From assembly GCA_038243585.1 (NCBI GenBank), contig JBBSQY010000018.1, forward strand, positions 1-59,832: a stretch of DNA of 59,832 bases, written 5' to 3'. The position numbers were made by a program, and so were the translations under genes. Shown here in pieces: positions 9,511 through 19,081 of the stretch (within the stretch, counting starts at the first letter, position 1; each line of letters starts with the position of its first letter). The notes below the pieces were generated by a model. The model searched no databases. It saw nothing but the letters and a program-made list of their open reading frames with translations, and was not told the origin of the DNA. This stretch comes from Candidatus Sumerlaeales bacterium (lineage in GTDB: Bacteria; Sumerlaeota; Sumerlaeia; Sumerlaeales; Sumerlaeaceae).

Positions 9511-9620
9511 GGGAAGATCCTCCGTAAAAATACCGGGTATTCGCGCGCCTGAGCTACGGCTACAGAACTCCCCGTAAAAATAACTACACACCTTGCCTTG
9601 ATTGATTTAATACCCCTGCA

Positions 9621-9655
9621 AAAGAAGAGACCCGTCCTGTAAAAGGGACGGGTCT
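9621..9655 (-). terminator. Intrinsic terminator after the Pro/Tyr-rich gene
   Basis: Perfect 10-bp stem AGACCCGTCC/GGACGGGTCT followed by CTTCTTTT on the - strand. Confidence 0.8.
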
Positions 9656-9692
9656 GAAAGGTACTATTGAAACATTAGCTTGAACCGTTAGA

Positions 9693-9962
9693 CTAGTTCC
9701 CGTAGAACGAGAAGTTAAAAGCAGGTGCTGGGCGATAGTATGAAGGGTAGCCGTAAGCTGGGCCATAATAAACAGGGGCCGGACGATAATACACAGGCGG
9801 CGGTGGCGGTGCATAATAGACAGGAGGCGGAGGGGGAGCATAATATCCTGGACCGCCCGTGCTGATGCTGAAACCATAACCAGATCCGGCCTCTGCAGCA
9901 GTTGGAATTAGCAGCGCGAAACCCCCTAAAATTACAGCAACTAAACCTTTTCCGTACGTCAT
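9693..9962 (-). CDS. Small secreted Pro/Tyr-rich repeat protein
   Basis: AGGAG RBS; signal peptide ending AEA; YYAPPPPPV x2 followed by YYRPAP repeats. Confidence 0.75.
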   Translation of the reverse strand: MTYGKGLVAVILGGFALLIPTAAEAGSGYGFSISTGGPGYYAPPPPPVYYAPPPPPVYYRPAPVYYGPAYGYPSYYRPAPAFNFSFYGN

Positions 9963-10037
9963 TCCACTACACTCCTTTTTAATAAGCTAAAATCATAGTC
10001 ATAATAAACTAATTTCAAACCTGAAAATTTCATAATT

Positions 10038-10298
10038 CTACAAGCTCAAACAAAATCCGCTACCCGATGACAATATTGTGGTGTCCCCAGCCGGCTGATA
10101 ATAGGCAAAGGGCAAAATATCAACCGTGGCGTTTCCCTGCGGCCCTAGATGAAGGGGATGCAAACTAACACCTAGAAGAATTTCTCCAGGTGGAACAACA
10201 TAATTATCACCCTTAAACTGGGTTGAAGCAGTTATTGAAGCAACAAAAGCTAACATGGATGCCATCAAGCATACAAATCCAATCTTTCTTCTGCCCAT
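10038..10298 (-). CDS. Small secreted hypothetical protein
   Basis: AGGAG RBS before the ATG at 10298; MGRRKIG plus hydrophobic signal peptide; 86 aa. Confidence 0.6.
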   Translation of the reverse strand: MGRRKIGFVCLMASMLAFVASITASTQFKGDNYVVPPGEILLGVSLHPLHLGPQGNATVDILPFAYYQPAGDTTILSSGSGFCLSL

Positions 10299-10353
10299 TA
10301 TAAACTCCTGGAAACTTTTGAACTTGCGCGTTCCATATACTGGCCCATTCGAT

Positions 10354-10369
10354 GGCAACGATCATACCA
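10354..10369 (-). promoter_or_regulatory. Sigma-54 -24/-12 promoter
   Basis: - strand TGGTATGATCGTTGCC, exact GG-N10-GC spacing, about 55 bp upstream of the ATG at 10298. Confidence 0.65.
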
Positions 10370-10725
10370 TCAACCCGTTAAATATGGTCTGAGCCTCAAT
10401 CAGTTATTGAAGGCTGCTCGTATAATCCCTAAAAAATCAGTGTTCTGATTATTATTAGGATTTAACTTAGAACGTTGGCCGCCGACACGTTTTTTGGACA
10501 GAAACGCCGCGGCCGGTTGGAAGGATTATGAACAGCATTTCCGCCGCTGAATGAAAACTGATCATTAATGACCAGGCGAGCAATATTACCGATTTTCAGT
10601 TAAAGTATTACTTTAAATACAAAATGCGTTACCCATTGATTACAATGGATTTTTCCCTTTACATACCCCGTTTAAAAGGAGAGCAATAACCTGAATTACG
10701 ATAGTCGGAAGGCGGACAACGGATC

Positions 10726-12321
10726 ATGAATTACTATTTTTCCGAAGAAGAATTAGCGGTTAACGGTTCATTGGATGCTTGGGACCTGTTAGTGAAAATG
10801 GGATTCGCCGAATCCGCCCTTTATCGTGAGGGAAACACGATACGGCTGTTCTGCCCACTGCACAAAGACCAGATTCGCCGCTCAATGATAATCTATACAG
10901 ACCGTAACACGTTTAAGTGCCAGTACACCAACTGCGAAGGCCATAAGGGTGGCAACCTGCTGGAGTTCTACAGCATGTATATGGGCGTAGAACAGCAGGA
11001 GGTCTTGAACCATATTAGCAACGTAAGCACGAACGAAACGGACCTCGTTGAACGCGCAGACAAAATGATCCAAGTCGGCAATCTTGTTGAAGCGCTTCCG
11101 CTGCTTCAAAAGAGCGTGCAGGTTGACCCGGAAAACGAGATCACGCGCTGTCGTCTGGCTGCCCTATTGCTTGAGCTTGGGGATAAAGACAGCGGCTATC
11201 GCGAATACATGACCGCCGCAGAGCAATTTGGCGTTCGTGGCGAACTCGATAAAACTTTGAACATCTATAACATTCTTGTAATCATTTCTCCCGACGACGT
11301 CAAGGTTCGCAAGCAGCTCAGCTATCTCTTCAGCCGCCTTAAGCGTGAAGACGAAGCCGTTTCTCAGCTGAAGTGGGTGGTTGACAAGCATATGCGCAAA
11401 GGCGAACTTAAAGACGCTGAAACCGTTTGTAAAAAGATGATCGAACTCTGCCCAGAGTATCCGGAGAGCCACCGTACCCTTGGCGAAGTATATTTGAAAC
11501 AAGGAAATTACTTCGACGCCGTGGAAGAACTACGCACAGCGACAACGCACTTTATCCGTCAGGATAATTTGAACAAGGCGCGGGAGACTGTCGACGAAGG
11601 ATTGCGCTACACCCCCGGCAATCCGGCCATGAAAGAACTCCGGGCTAAAATTGAAAAAGCGATAGAACTTCAGGCATCCTCCGGGGTAAAGAATGACGAA
11701 CAGGAAGTAGAGTTTGAGAATTGGCTTAAGGATCTTAAGAGTTCCGTAGGCTTAAGCGAGCAGGAATATGTAACCCCTGCTTCTTCAGCTCCCACCGCAG
11801 ATTCGAAACCAGGTAGTTCCCCAGCCATTCCGAAGCCCCGTAATCTGGGCAACAACGCGCCAGGATCGCTGCCGCGTCTCGGTGGAGGACTTGGTAGTCG
11901 CCCCGCCGGAAGCCTTGGTCGTTCTGCCAGTGCCTTAGGTCGCCCTGCCGGTACCTTTGGTCAAGCTCGCACCACGTCGTCGCTGAGTCGTGGAGGCGCT
12001 AAGCAAAGCGCAGCTGTTGCCACTCCGTCGACGTTTTACAGTTCATACCCCACCGGGCAGCTTCCACAACTTCCTGCAGACGATCCACGCATTGGGTTGT
12101 GTCGGAAAGGGATTGAGCAATATGATACCCAGCAGCTTGAGACACTACAGAATCATCTGTTTGGAGTCTTTACAGATGCCCAAAAGGGGAGTACTGAAGG
12201 TTTTGTTTCTGATTTGGAGTCGGGTGTAATTCGTGAATTCTATTCCGCATTTTGCCTGGCGTTAGACGCTTATAAAAGCGAGAGCGGAAACTTTAAAAAC
12301 CCAATCAATTCGAAGGGATAA
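10726..12321 (+). CDS. CHC2 (primase-type) zinc finger + TPR repeat protein
   Basis: CPLHKD...FKCQYTNC..GGNLLEF; multiple TPR-like helical hairpins; Gly/Ser/Pro-rich linker; short helical C-terminal domain; no TOPRIM motifs. Confidence 0.8.
   Translation: MNYYFSEEELAVNGSLDAWDLLVKMGFAESALYREGNTIRLFCPLHKDQIRRSMIIYTDRNTFKCQYTNCEGHKGGNLLEFYSMYMGVEQQEVLNHISNVSTNETDLVERADKMIQVGNLVEALPLLQKSVQVDPENEITRCRLAALLLELGDKDSGYREYMTAAEQFGVRGELDKTLNIYNILVIISPDDVKVRKQLSYLFSRLKREDEAVSQLKWVVDKHMRKGELKDAETVCKKMIELCPEYPESHRTLGEVYLKQGNYFDAVEELRTATTHFIRQDNLNKARETVDEGLRYTPGNPAMKELRAKIEKAIELQASSGVKNDEQEVEFENWLKDLKSSVGLSEQEYVTPASSAPTADSKPGSSPAIPKPRNLGNNAPGSLPRLGGGLGSRPAGSLGRSASALGRPAGTFGQARTTSSLSRGGAKQSAAVATPSTFYSSYPTGQLPQLPADDPRIGLCRKGIEQYDTQQLETLQNHLFGVFTDAQKGSTEGFVSDLESGVIREFYSAFCLALDAYKSESGNFKNPINSKG
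11890..11961 (+). repeat. Degenerate ~21-nt in-frame tandem repeat (LG(S)RPAG-like, 3 copies)
   Basis: LGSRPAGS / LGRSASA / LGRPAGT / FG. Confidence 0.5.
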
Positions 12322-12359
12322 TACACGCGGCTTACAGGTGGGGAAGAGGGGTGCCCTTA

Positions 12360-13736
12360 TTACTTTTGAAAAGGACGACCTTTTCGAGGCGCTTCGTCTG
12401 ATTTCTGCCTATACCTCATTCGGACTGGCACGCCCGTAAAGCCAAAGCGGCGTCTGAGCTGATTTAAAAGATATCTTTCATACGAGAAATGAACCAGATC
12501 AGGATCATTTACAAAAAACGTCAGCGTTGGCGGACGCCTGCCCGTCTGAGTTACATATTTAATTTTAAGTTGCCGTCCGCTACGTACAGGAGGCGATAAG
12601 TGGTTCGTAGTCTGAATCAGCCAGTTATTGAGTTCGCTGGTAGGGATTTCCCGGGTGTATTCTTCAAACACCTGATGGATAATGGTAAAAACCTTCTCAA
12701 CCCGCTGACCGGTAAGTGCAGAGATAAACATAACCGGGGCGTCTTTCAGAAAGCCCCAGGCATCTCGCAGATCTTTAGTGAAATTCTCTACAGACTTGTG
12801 GTCCTTTTCCTCAAAGGCATCCCATTTGTTTACGACAATAATGACCGCGCAGCCTGCATCAACCGCGTATCCGGCCACATGAGCGTCCTGATCCGTAATT
12901 CCGTCGATCGCATCCACAAGTAAGAGCGCAACGTCGCACTGCTCCATGCTCATCCGACTCGCAAGAGCGCTGAGTTTTTCCGGACCTCTTTCAATTTTGC
13001 CACGGCGCCGAATACCGGCCGTATCAATAATTGTGTACCGTTCACCCATGCGATCAAAAGTTGTATCTACCGCATCCCGAGTTGTTCCCGGAATTGCAGT
13101 GGCAATACTGCGTTCAAATCCAAGAATTTTGTTAACAAGTGTACTTTTACCGACGTTCGGCCGCCCTACCACCGCAAGCCGTATACCCTCGTCCTCCGCC
13201 TCTTCATCAGACATATCAGGCAGAAGTTCAATGACCCTATCCAACAAATCGCCGGTGCCATTCCCGTGCAACGCGCTTACTCCAACAAGGTACTTCGCAC
13301 CATACCCCGAAAACTCAATGACTGCCTCATCCCGACGGGGTTTTGAATCGCATTTGTTCACCGCCAGGATCAGCGGCTTTCCGCCCCGCCGCAACCTTGT
13401 CATGACTTCGTCGTCTACCGCATTATGTGGCTCAGACAGATTGGTAAGAAAAATTATGACATCCGCCTGTTCAATGGCGAGCAACGTCTGTTCCCGCATC
13501 TGGCGATAGATTTCATTTTCCGTCTCAACTTCATACCCGCCGGTATCAATAAGGAAAAATTCCTGACCTTCCCATTCAGCTGCTTCGTAGTTGAGATCGC
13601 GGGTCATTCCCGGCTTTTCATGAACTACAGCCTTACGGGACCCCGTGAGCCTGTTAAACAAGGTAGATTTGCCCACATTCGGCCGACCAACAATGGCCAC
13701 CATGGGAAGTTTTTTTCTTACAATTTGACGGGACAT
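12360..13736 (-). CDS. der: Ribosome biogenesis GTPase Der
   Basis: Two G domains (GRPNVGKS x2, DTGG/DTAG, NKCD/NKWD) and a KH-like C-terminus. Confidence 0.98.
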   Translation of the reverse strand: MSRQIVRKKLPMVAIVGRPNVGKSTLFNRLTGSRKAVVHEKPGMTRDLNYEAAEWEGQEFFLIDTGGYEVETENEIYRQMREQTLLAIEQADVIIFLTNLSEPHNAVDDEVMTRLRRGGKPLILAVNKCDSKPRRDEAVIEFSGYGAKYLVGVSALHGNGTGDLLDRVIELLPDMSDEEAEDEGIRLAVVGRPNVGKSTLVNKILGFERSIATAIPGTTRDAVDTTFDRMGERYTIIDTAGIRRRGKIERGPEKLSALASRMSMEQCDVALLLVDAIDGITDQDAHVAGYAVDAGCAVIIVVNKWDAFEEKDHKSVENFTKDLRDAWGFLKDAPVMFISALTGQRVEKVFTIIHQVFEEYTREIPTSELNNWLIQTTNHLSPPVRSGRQLKIKYVTQTGRRPPTLTFFVNDPDLVHFSYERYLLNQLRRRFGFTGVPVRMRYRQKSDEAPRKGRPFQK

Positions 13737-13871
13737 AACTTGGTTGTTTAGCTTGTCGCATATATACTATTCTGGCAAAACTCAGCTAGCGCGCATTAAA
13801 GTGCTATATTAGAACCAAGAGTTCTCTTTTTGAGCTAATACCCGAAAATATAATTACTCTAGCTAACCAGT

Positions 13872-14333
13872 CTACCGTTTTACGGCGTCGGGTTTTCCCG
13901 TCTTATGAACTAGCTTATCAAGGATTCCATTAATGAAAGCTGGGGCGTTTTCATTGGAAAACACTTTCGCCAGTTCGATATACTCATTTATGGTAACTCT
14001 AGGAGGAATATCAGAAAAATACAATATCTCGGCGCACCCCAGCTGCAATAGCGCGCGTTCTACGGGAGAAATTCGATCCAGACGCCAGTTTTCAAGAACG
14101 GCAGCCACATGCCGCTCGACTTCCAGATTATTTCGTTGGACGGCATAAACCAGGGTAGTAGAAAAATCAGGCAGCTCCGCCCAGTCAGCCCGTACCTCCC
14201 TGATAAGGGCAACTACTTCGTCCAATGAATACCCCGTACACATTTGAGCGTATAAAATGGTCATTGCGATTCGCCGAGCCTCACGGCGACGCATAAGCCC
14301 AGACCCGTTACTGCTAATCCCAGACTGGCTCAC
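13872..14333 (-). CDS. nusB: Transcription antitermination factor NusB
   Basis: RREARR, NWRLDRI, DIPPRVTINEYIELAK, FINGILD. Confidence 0.95.
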   Translation of the reverse strand: MSQSGISSNGSGLMRRREARRIAMTILYAQMCTGYSLDEVVALIREVRADWAELPDFSTTLVYAVQRNNLEVERHVAAVLENWRLDRISPVERALLQLGCAEILYFSDIPPRVTINEYIELAKVFSNENAPAFINGILDKLVHKTGKPDAVKR

Positions 14334-15691
14334 TGCGCACCTACCGGCAACGGGACATAGCGCGGTTTAAAACTAGGGTCATTCTCAGCAAAATAAGAGT
14401 TGATCGCGTTATACACGAGGATAGCTGTCATCTGTTGGAACTGAGGATCAAGGAGGTTTTTCAATTCTTCGGTATTTGATATAAATCCAATTTCCAGCAA
14501 AACAGCTGGCATTTCAAAATTCTTTAAAACTACAAAATTCGCGTTTTTAACGCCCCTGTTAAACTTGGAAAAGTAAGGCCAGGTTAGCAACGATTGCTCA
14601 AGGCGCCGGCAAAAAATATAGCTTTCATACTGCCAGTCCTCTAATTTACGTTGCTCTAAATCTGTTAAAAGGCTCGTGAGAAGACTCTTTCCCCCTGCAC
14701 TGCCGGAGATGCCAACCTCACTGTTTTCCTTTTCTTCAATTTCTCTGACCGCAGCATCTACGGTGCCCTTTTGGTTTAGGAAAAAAACTTCCATACCCCT
14801 TGCGCCAGCGTTATCGGGGGCATCGTTCAAATGAAGAGATACAAATAAATTTCCTGCCTCCCCTCGGTTTTCCTCTGCAATTTTCACCCGTTCCCGCAGA
14901 CCAACGTTTGAATCGTCCACCCGAGTTAACAATCCAACCAGGTCAGGATGATTATCGATCAGCTTCTTAAGTTCATACCCAAATTTGATCGTGAGCTCTT
15001 TTTCATTTAAAAAGCGCCCGCCTACTTTAATATCAGACTTGGCCCCGCCGTTTGCTCCGCCATGGCCAGGGTCAATAATTATGTATTTCTTTCCACTGCT
15101 GTGCTGACGACTCAGGCGGGAGCCCGGTTCTGGAATTTTTGGAACTACAAATCCAACCTGTGTCGAGACGGAACTGGTGGTCGCACCAGATTGTCCTGTT
15201 GCGACGTTTGTGGCCTGATTTTCTGGAACGTCACTTCCTGCGACACTAACGCCGCTCACAGGAGCGACGCCGCCCTTCGGAAGAGTGTAAATAACGATTG
15301 AAGGCGGGTTGGTTGATGTTTGAATATCGAACCGGGAATCCGCCTGCTTTGCATAAAAAACCAAGCGAAGTACATCGGAGTCCGGGTAAGACAATGCATC
15401 CACATATTTCAATAAAGTATCATCATCAATTTCAAGCAAACGGCGTTTATAGCCCTGTTGTAGGCCATAAAAATCCACATAGAAAAAGTTCGACTCCACC
15501 AAATTGTCTACAACATTATATTTGGGGATTTGGTCGAATTCTAAGATAAACTTGTTGAAGGAAGGATTAGGCGGATCCCAGGAAATCCTGGTAACCTTAG
15601 CTGCGCTTGCTGTGCAGCACGTTAAGCTAATCAAGAGAACCCAACACAGATGTGAAGCTATATTAAATGGCTTTAGTAGTAAACGCATCAA
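14330..15691 (-). CDS. N-acetylmuramoyl-L-alanine amidase (AMIN-like domain + Amidase_3)
   Basis: Signal peptide; IDPGHGG, EKELT, FVSLHLN, ANFVVLK, PAVLLEIGFISN. Confidence 0.9.
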   Translation of the reverse strand: MMRLLLKPFNIASHLCWVLLISLTCCTASAAKVTRISWDPPNPSFNKFILEFDQIPKYNVVDNLVESNFFYVDFYGLQQGYKRRLLEIDDDTLLKYVDALSYPDSDVLRLVFYAKQADSRFDIQTSTNPPSIVIYTLPKGGVAPVSGVSVAGSDVPENQATNVATGQSGATTSSVSTQVGFVVPKIPEPGSRLSRQHSSGKKYIIIDPGHGGANGGAKSDIKVGGRFLNEKELTIKFGYELKKLIDNHPDLVGLLTRVDDSNVGLRERVKIAEENRGEAGNLFVSLHLNDAPDNAGARGMEVFFLNQKGTVDAAVREIEEKENSEVGISGSAGGKSLLTSLLTDLEQRKLEDWQYESYIFCRRLEQSLLTWPYFSKFNRGVKNANFVVLKNFEMPAVLLEIGFISNTEELKNLLDPQFQQMTAILVYNAINSYFAENDPSFKPRYVPLPVGAQ

Positions 15692-15808
15692 CAGAAAATT
15701 TTCTTACAAAAACTGGCTCAACAGCAGTAAAAGACGCGGAACAGAGACATCGGTCGTTAAGGAGGGGACTTGTCGTTATCCCGAGCCGTGCCGAAGCTCC
15801 AATCAAAC

Positions 15809-16303
15809 TTAAGCCTGCAATTCCTTAAGATGCGCTTCAACCGGAGCGATCTCTTCTTCATCTTCTGCCAGTTCTAAAAAGCGTTTCCACATTTTAAGAG
15901 CGTCCGCTTTTCGGTCCAGCCGTTCATAACAAACAGCCATATTATGCGCAGCGTCCGCCAGCGAGTCATCCATTTTATACGACTTTTCCAACAACTCAAG
16001 GCCGCCTTCGATATTGTTTTTTGCCAATTCAAGGCCGGCCATATTATACGTGTCGATTGCGTCTCCACGATAAAATCCAAGTTTCTTATTTTCCAATACC
16101 ATCTGCGCCGGAGGCAGCGAATGAAATAACGTGAATCCGTAACGCTGATACGTCTCTTCAGGGTCAGCTTCGAGATTAGCAGAATAGCGCGAGATTTCTG
16201 ACTCAAAAAAATCGGTTGGATCATGTGATTCCAACGCTACATCAGCGCTATTTGTCTGCATCTCTTCTTTTTGCTTGCTGGCTGCCATGGTAATTCGCCT
16301 CAA
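15809..16303 (-). CDS. TPR-containing protein
   Basis: Two TPR-like motifs (YNMAG..., HNMAVCYERL...ALKMWKRFLEL); start may be the ATG of MAASK. Confidence 0.75.
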   Translation of the reverse strand: MRRITMAASKQKEEMQTNSADVALESHDPTDFFESEISRYSANLEADPEETYQRYGFTLFHSLPPAQMVLENKKLGFYRGDAIDTYNMAGLELAKNNIEGGLELLEKSYKMDDSLADAAHNMAVCYERLDRKADALKMWKRFLELAEDEEEIAPVEAHLKELQA

Positions 16304-16411
16304 CTCAGATATTCTTCAACCGCTTGCTGCGCGTAACTAACAGACCCAGCGGTTTGTACTAGTACGCCATTTTTAGCTAATTTATTTTTGAAGCGCAATT
16401 CTTACTCTTTA

Positions 16412-16888
16412 CTACTTCATCGAGCGGTAAAGATTAGCCATTTCCAATGCCACCAGCGCTGCCTCGTAACCTTTGTTCATGGATTTTGCACCACTTCGCT
16501 CCGTAGCCTGCTGCGCATTTTCAACCGTCAGTACGGCATTGCCGGTCGCGACCTGATGATGCAGCGCTACCTCACATACCCCCCGTACGGCCTCAGTCGA
16601 AACATGAGCATAATGATCCGTATCTCCCCGAATGACGCAGCCGATCGCTACAACTCCGTCAAAATGTCTCGCTCCTACGCCCTTGGATACGATTCGCTGT
16701 ACAAGAGCCGGAATTTCTAAAGCACCTGGACACCAAAACAGTTCTATGTCATCATCCACGACACCATTCTCACGAAGCGCATCAATAGCCCCGTCTTTCA
16801 AGCGACCCGTAATAAAGTCGTTATAACGGCTTATAACGATGGCAAATCGCATGGCCTTGCCATCTAGCGTTCCTTGAAATTCTCTCAT
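16412..16888 (-). CDS. ribH: 6,7-dimethyl-8-ribityllumazine synthase
   Basis: PGALEIP, IGCVIRGDTDHY, QATERSG..NKGYEAA. Confidence 0.96.
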   Translation of the reverse strand: MREFQGTLDGKAMRFAIVISRYNDFITGRLKDGAIDALRENGVVDDDIELFWCPGALEIPALVQRIVSKGVGARHFDGVVAIGCVIRGDTDHYAHVSTEAVRGVCEVALHHQVATGNAVLTVENAQQATERSGAKSMNKGYEAALVALEMANLYRSMK

Positions 16889-17008
16889 CCTAATCCAAAT
16901 CCTTATGCCTTGTTATCGTGAAAAAGCATGCAGCCGGCACAAATCATCTTGTTCAGACGCTGCATGGGAAGTAATAATTAAAACGTTAGTCGGTAATACA
17001 ACTCAGAA

Positions 17009-17671
17009 ATGAAAACCCACGTAAAAATATGCGGGATAACCAGTCTGGATGACGCTTTGTTTGCTGCGGAAGCCGGCGTGGATTTTCTTGGCTACATATT
17101 TTATGCACCAAGCAAACGCTTCGTTGCCCCTCGTACTGCCGGAGACATTATCCGAAATGTCAGAAAGCAGTTTCCCGACATCCGTCATGTGGGGGTATTT
17201 GTGGATGAAGAGCCCCACAACGTCGCTTGGATAAGAAACCTAGCCGGCCTCGATTTTGTACAACTCCATGGAAATGAAACACCAGATTACTGCGCCGGTC
17301 TCGACGCAATTGGGGTAGAGGCTATTAAGGCTATTGGTATAGGACCGACCGGTGTTCGTTTGGACGTCTTAAAATATAACACCGCTTTCTATCTGTTTGA
17401 TACCCACGACGAAAATCTAAAAGGCGGAACAGGCCGGAAGTTTGATTTAAACGCCCTCCCATCATCGTTGGAGACTGGCCGTATGTTCTTAGCCGGCGGT
17501 TTAAATCCCGATAACGTTGGCGAACTACTCAGCCATATTCATCCATTTGCCGTAGACGTATCCACCGGAGTGGAAGATAGTCCGGGAATGAAATCCCGCA
17601 CCAAAGTAAAAATGTTTATTGATACCGTCCGCACCGCCACCGCCAACCATTCCCACCAGGAGCAATTTTAG
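17009..17671 (+). CDS. trpF: Phosphoribosylanthranilate isomerase
   Basis: [40 protein letters not shown]. Confidence 0.96.
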   Translation: MKTHVKICGITSLDDALFAAEAGVDFLGYIFYAPSKRFVAPRTAGDIIRNVRKQFPDIRHVGVFVDEEPHNVAWIRNLAGLDFVQLHGNETPDYCAGLDAIGVEAIKAIGIGPTGVRLDVLKYNTAFYLFDTHDENLKGGTGRKFDLNALPSSLETGRMFLAGGLNPDNVGELLSHIHPFAVDVSTGVEDSPGMKSRTKVKMFIDTVRTATANHSHQEQF

Positions 17672-18879
17672 TGTCCCTATCTACCCCTATTATCCCAGAC
17701 AGCAACGGCAAGTATGGCATATTTGGAGGACGTTACGTCCCTGAAACCTTAATGACCGTGCTTATCGATCTGGAAAAAAAGTATCTGGAAGTAAAAAACG
17801 ATCCGGAATTTCAAGCCGAGTTAGGCGAACTTCTCAAATCCTATGTGGGCCGTCCAACCCCTCTCTTTCGCGCTGATCGTCTCGCCCTCGCCCTTGGTAA
17901 CCCCAACGTCAAAATTTATCTTAAAAGAGAAGATCTCTGCCATACAGGCGCGCATAAAATAAACAACTCCCTCGGCCAGGCCCTGCTGGCCAAACGGCTT
18001 GGGAAAAAGAAAATCATCGCAGAAACCGGTGCCGGACAGCACGGCGTGGCCACCGCCACCGCCTGCGCCATGCTCGGCCTTGAATGCGAAGTATTCATGG
18101 GCGCTGAAGACATGGAGCGCCAGAACCTCAACGTGTTTAGAATGAGACTCCTCGGTGCCACCGTCACAAAAGTCACCAGCGGCACTGCCACTTTAAAAGA
18201 CGCTACAAATGAAGCCATGCGCCAGTGGATGTCATGCTCCGACGACACCCACTACATCGTAGGGTCAGTGGTCGGGCCTCATCCCTTCCCCATGCTGGTG
18301 CGCGATTTCCAATCCGTAATTGGTATAGAAGCCCGCCGCCAAATCCTTGAACTCGAAGAAGAACTGCCAACCACTCTTGTCGCCTGTGTAGGAGGCGGAA
18401 GCAATGCAATAGGTTTGTTCCACGCATTCTACAACGATAAGGACGTGAAAATGGTAGGCGTCGAAGCCGCCGGCCACGGCCTGGATACGGATCAGCACGC
18501 CGCAAGCATATCAAGAGGTTCAGTGGGAGTTTTCCACGGCTCAAAGATATATCTACTTCAAACCGACGACGGCCAGATAACCCCCGCCCACTCCATCTCC
18601 GCCGGTCTGGATTACCCAGGTAGCGGACCCGAGCACAGCTACTATAACGACTCCGGCCGAGCCACATACCACGGTATAACCGACGACGAAGCTCTCGAAG
18701 GCGTAAAACTTCTCTGTCTGACTGAGGGCATAATTCCCGCCCTCGAAAGTGCCCATGCGATCGCCTACCTGCAGAAAATGGTGCCACAGATGGACAAAGG
18801 CACGATAATCATGTGCCTCTCCGGACGCGGCGACAAAGACGTTTTTTCGATAGCAAAAGGACTCGGCCAGGAACTCTAG
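17671..18879 (+). CDS. trpB: Tryptophan synthase beta chain
   Basis: [50 protein letters not shown]. Confidence 0.98.
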   Translation: MSLSTPIIPDSNGKYGIFGGRYVPETLMTVLIDLEKKYLEVKNDPEFQAELGELLKSYVGRPTPLFRADRLALALGNPNVKIYLKREDLCHTGAHKINNSLGQALLAKRLGKKKIIAETGAGQHGVATATACAMLGLECEVFMGAEDMERQNLNVFRMRLLGATVTKVTSGTATLKDATNEAMRQWMSCSDDTHYIVGSVVGPHPFPMLVRDFQSVIGIEARRQILELEEELPTTLVACVGGGSNAIGLFHAFYNDKDVKMVGVEAAGHGLDTDQHAASISRGSVGVFHGSKIYLLQTDDGQITPAHSISAGLDYPGSGPEHSYYNDSGRATYHGITDDEALEGVKLLCLTEGIIPALESAHAIAYLQKMVPQMDKGTIIMCLSGRGDKDVFSIAKGLGQEL

Positions 18880-19081
18880 TCTGAGAAAGTCAGGCCAGTA
18901 TGAGAACTTCTTTTGAGTGAGGCTCCCGACTCCGTCTCACAAAGTGCTTTTCAAGATGCTACAGAGTCATCATTAGCGAGGTAATGGGGTAAATTACCAT
19001 AACGATAATCAGTCCGTCTAACAATGATATTTTCATTGGCGATTGACTGGTTCAAGCTTGGATGTTGGCTAATATTTTAGT

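Noticed and set aside
9540..9600. preQ1 riboswitch upstream of the COG0720 gene
   Set aside because: The hairpin plus A-rich tail resemblance is on the non-coding strand and lacks the GGUUC loop motif
13753..13780. dif-like site (TTGTCGCATAT-ATACTA-TTCTGGCAAAA)
   Set aside because: The XerD arm is a poor match to TTATGTTAAAT, and the site coincides with the likely der promoter
18880..19080. att duplication of the tRNA-Phe 3' end; a third REP at about 18915-18940
   Set aside because: No direct repeat of the tRNA end is visible; the GTGAG...CTCAC hairpin has no clear GGAG/GTAG foot on the + strand and may be a weak terminator
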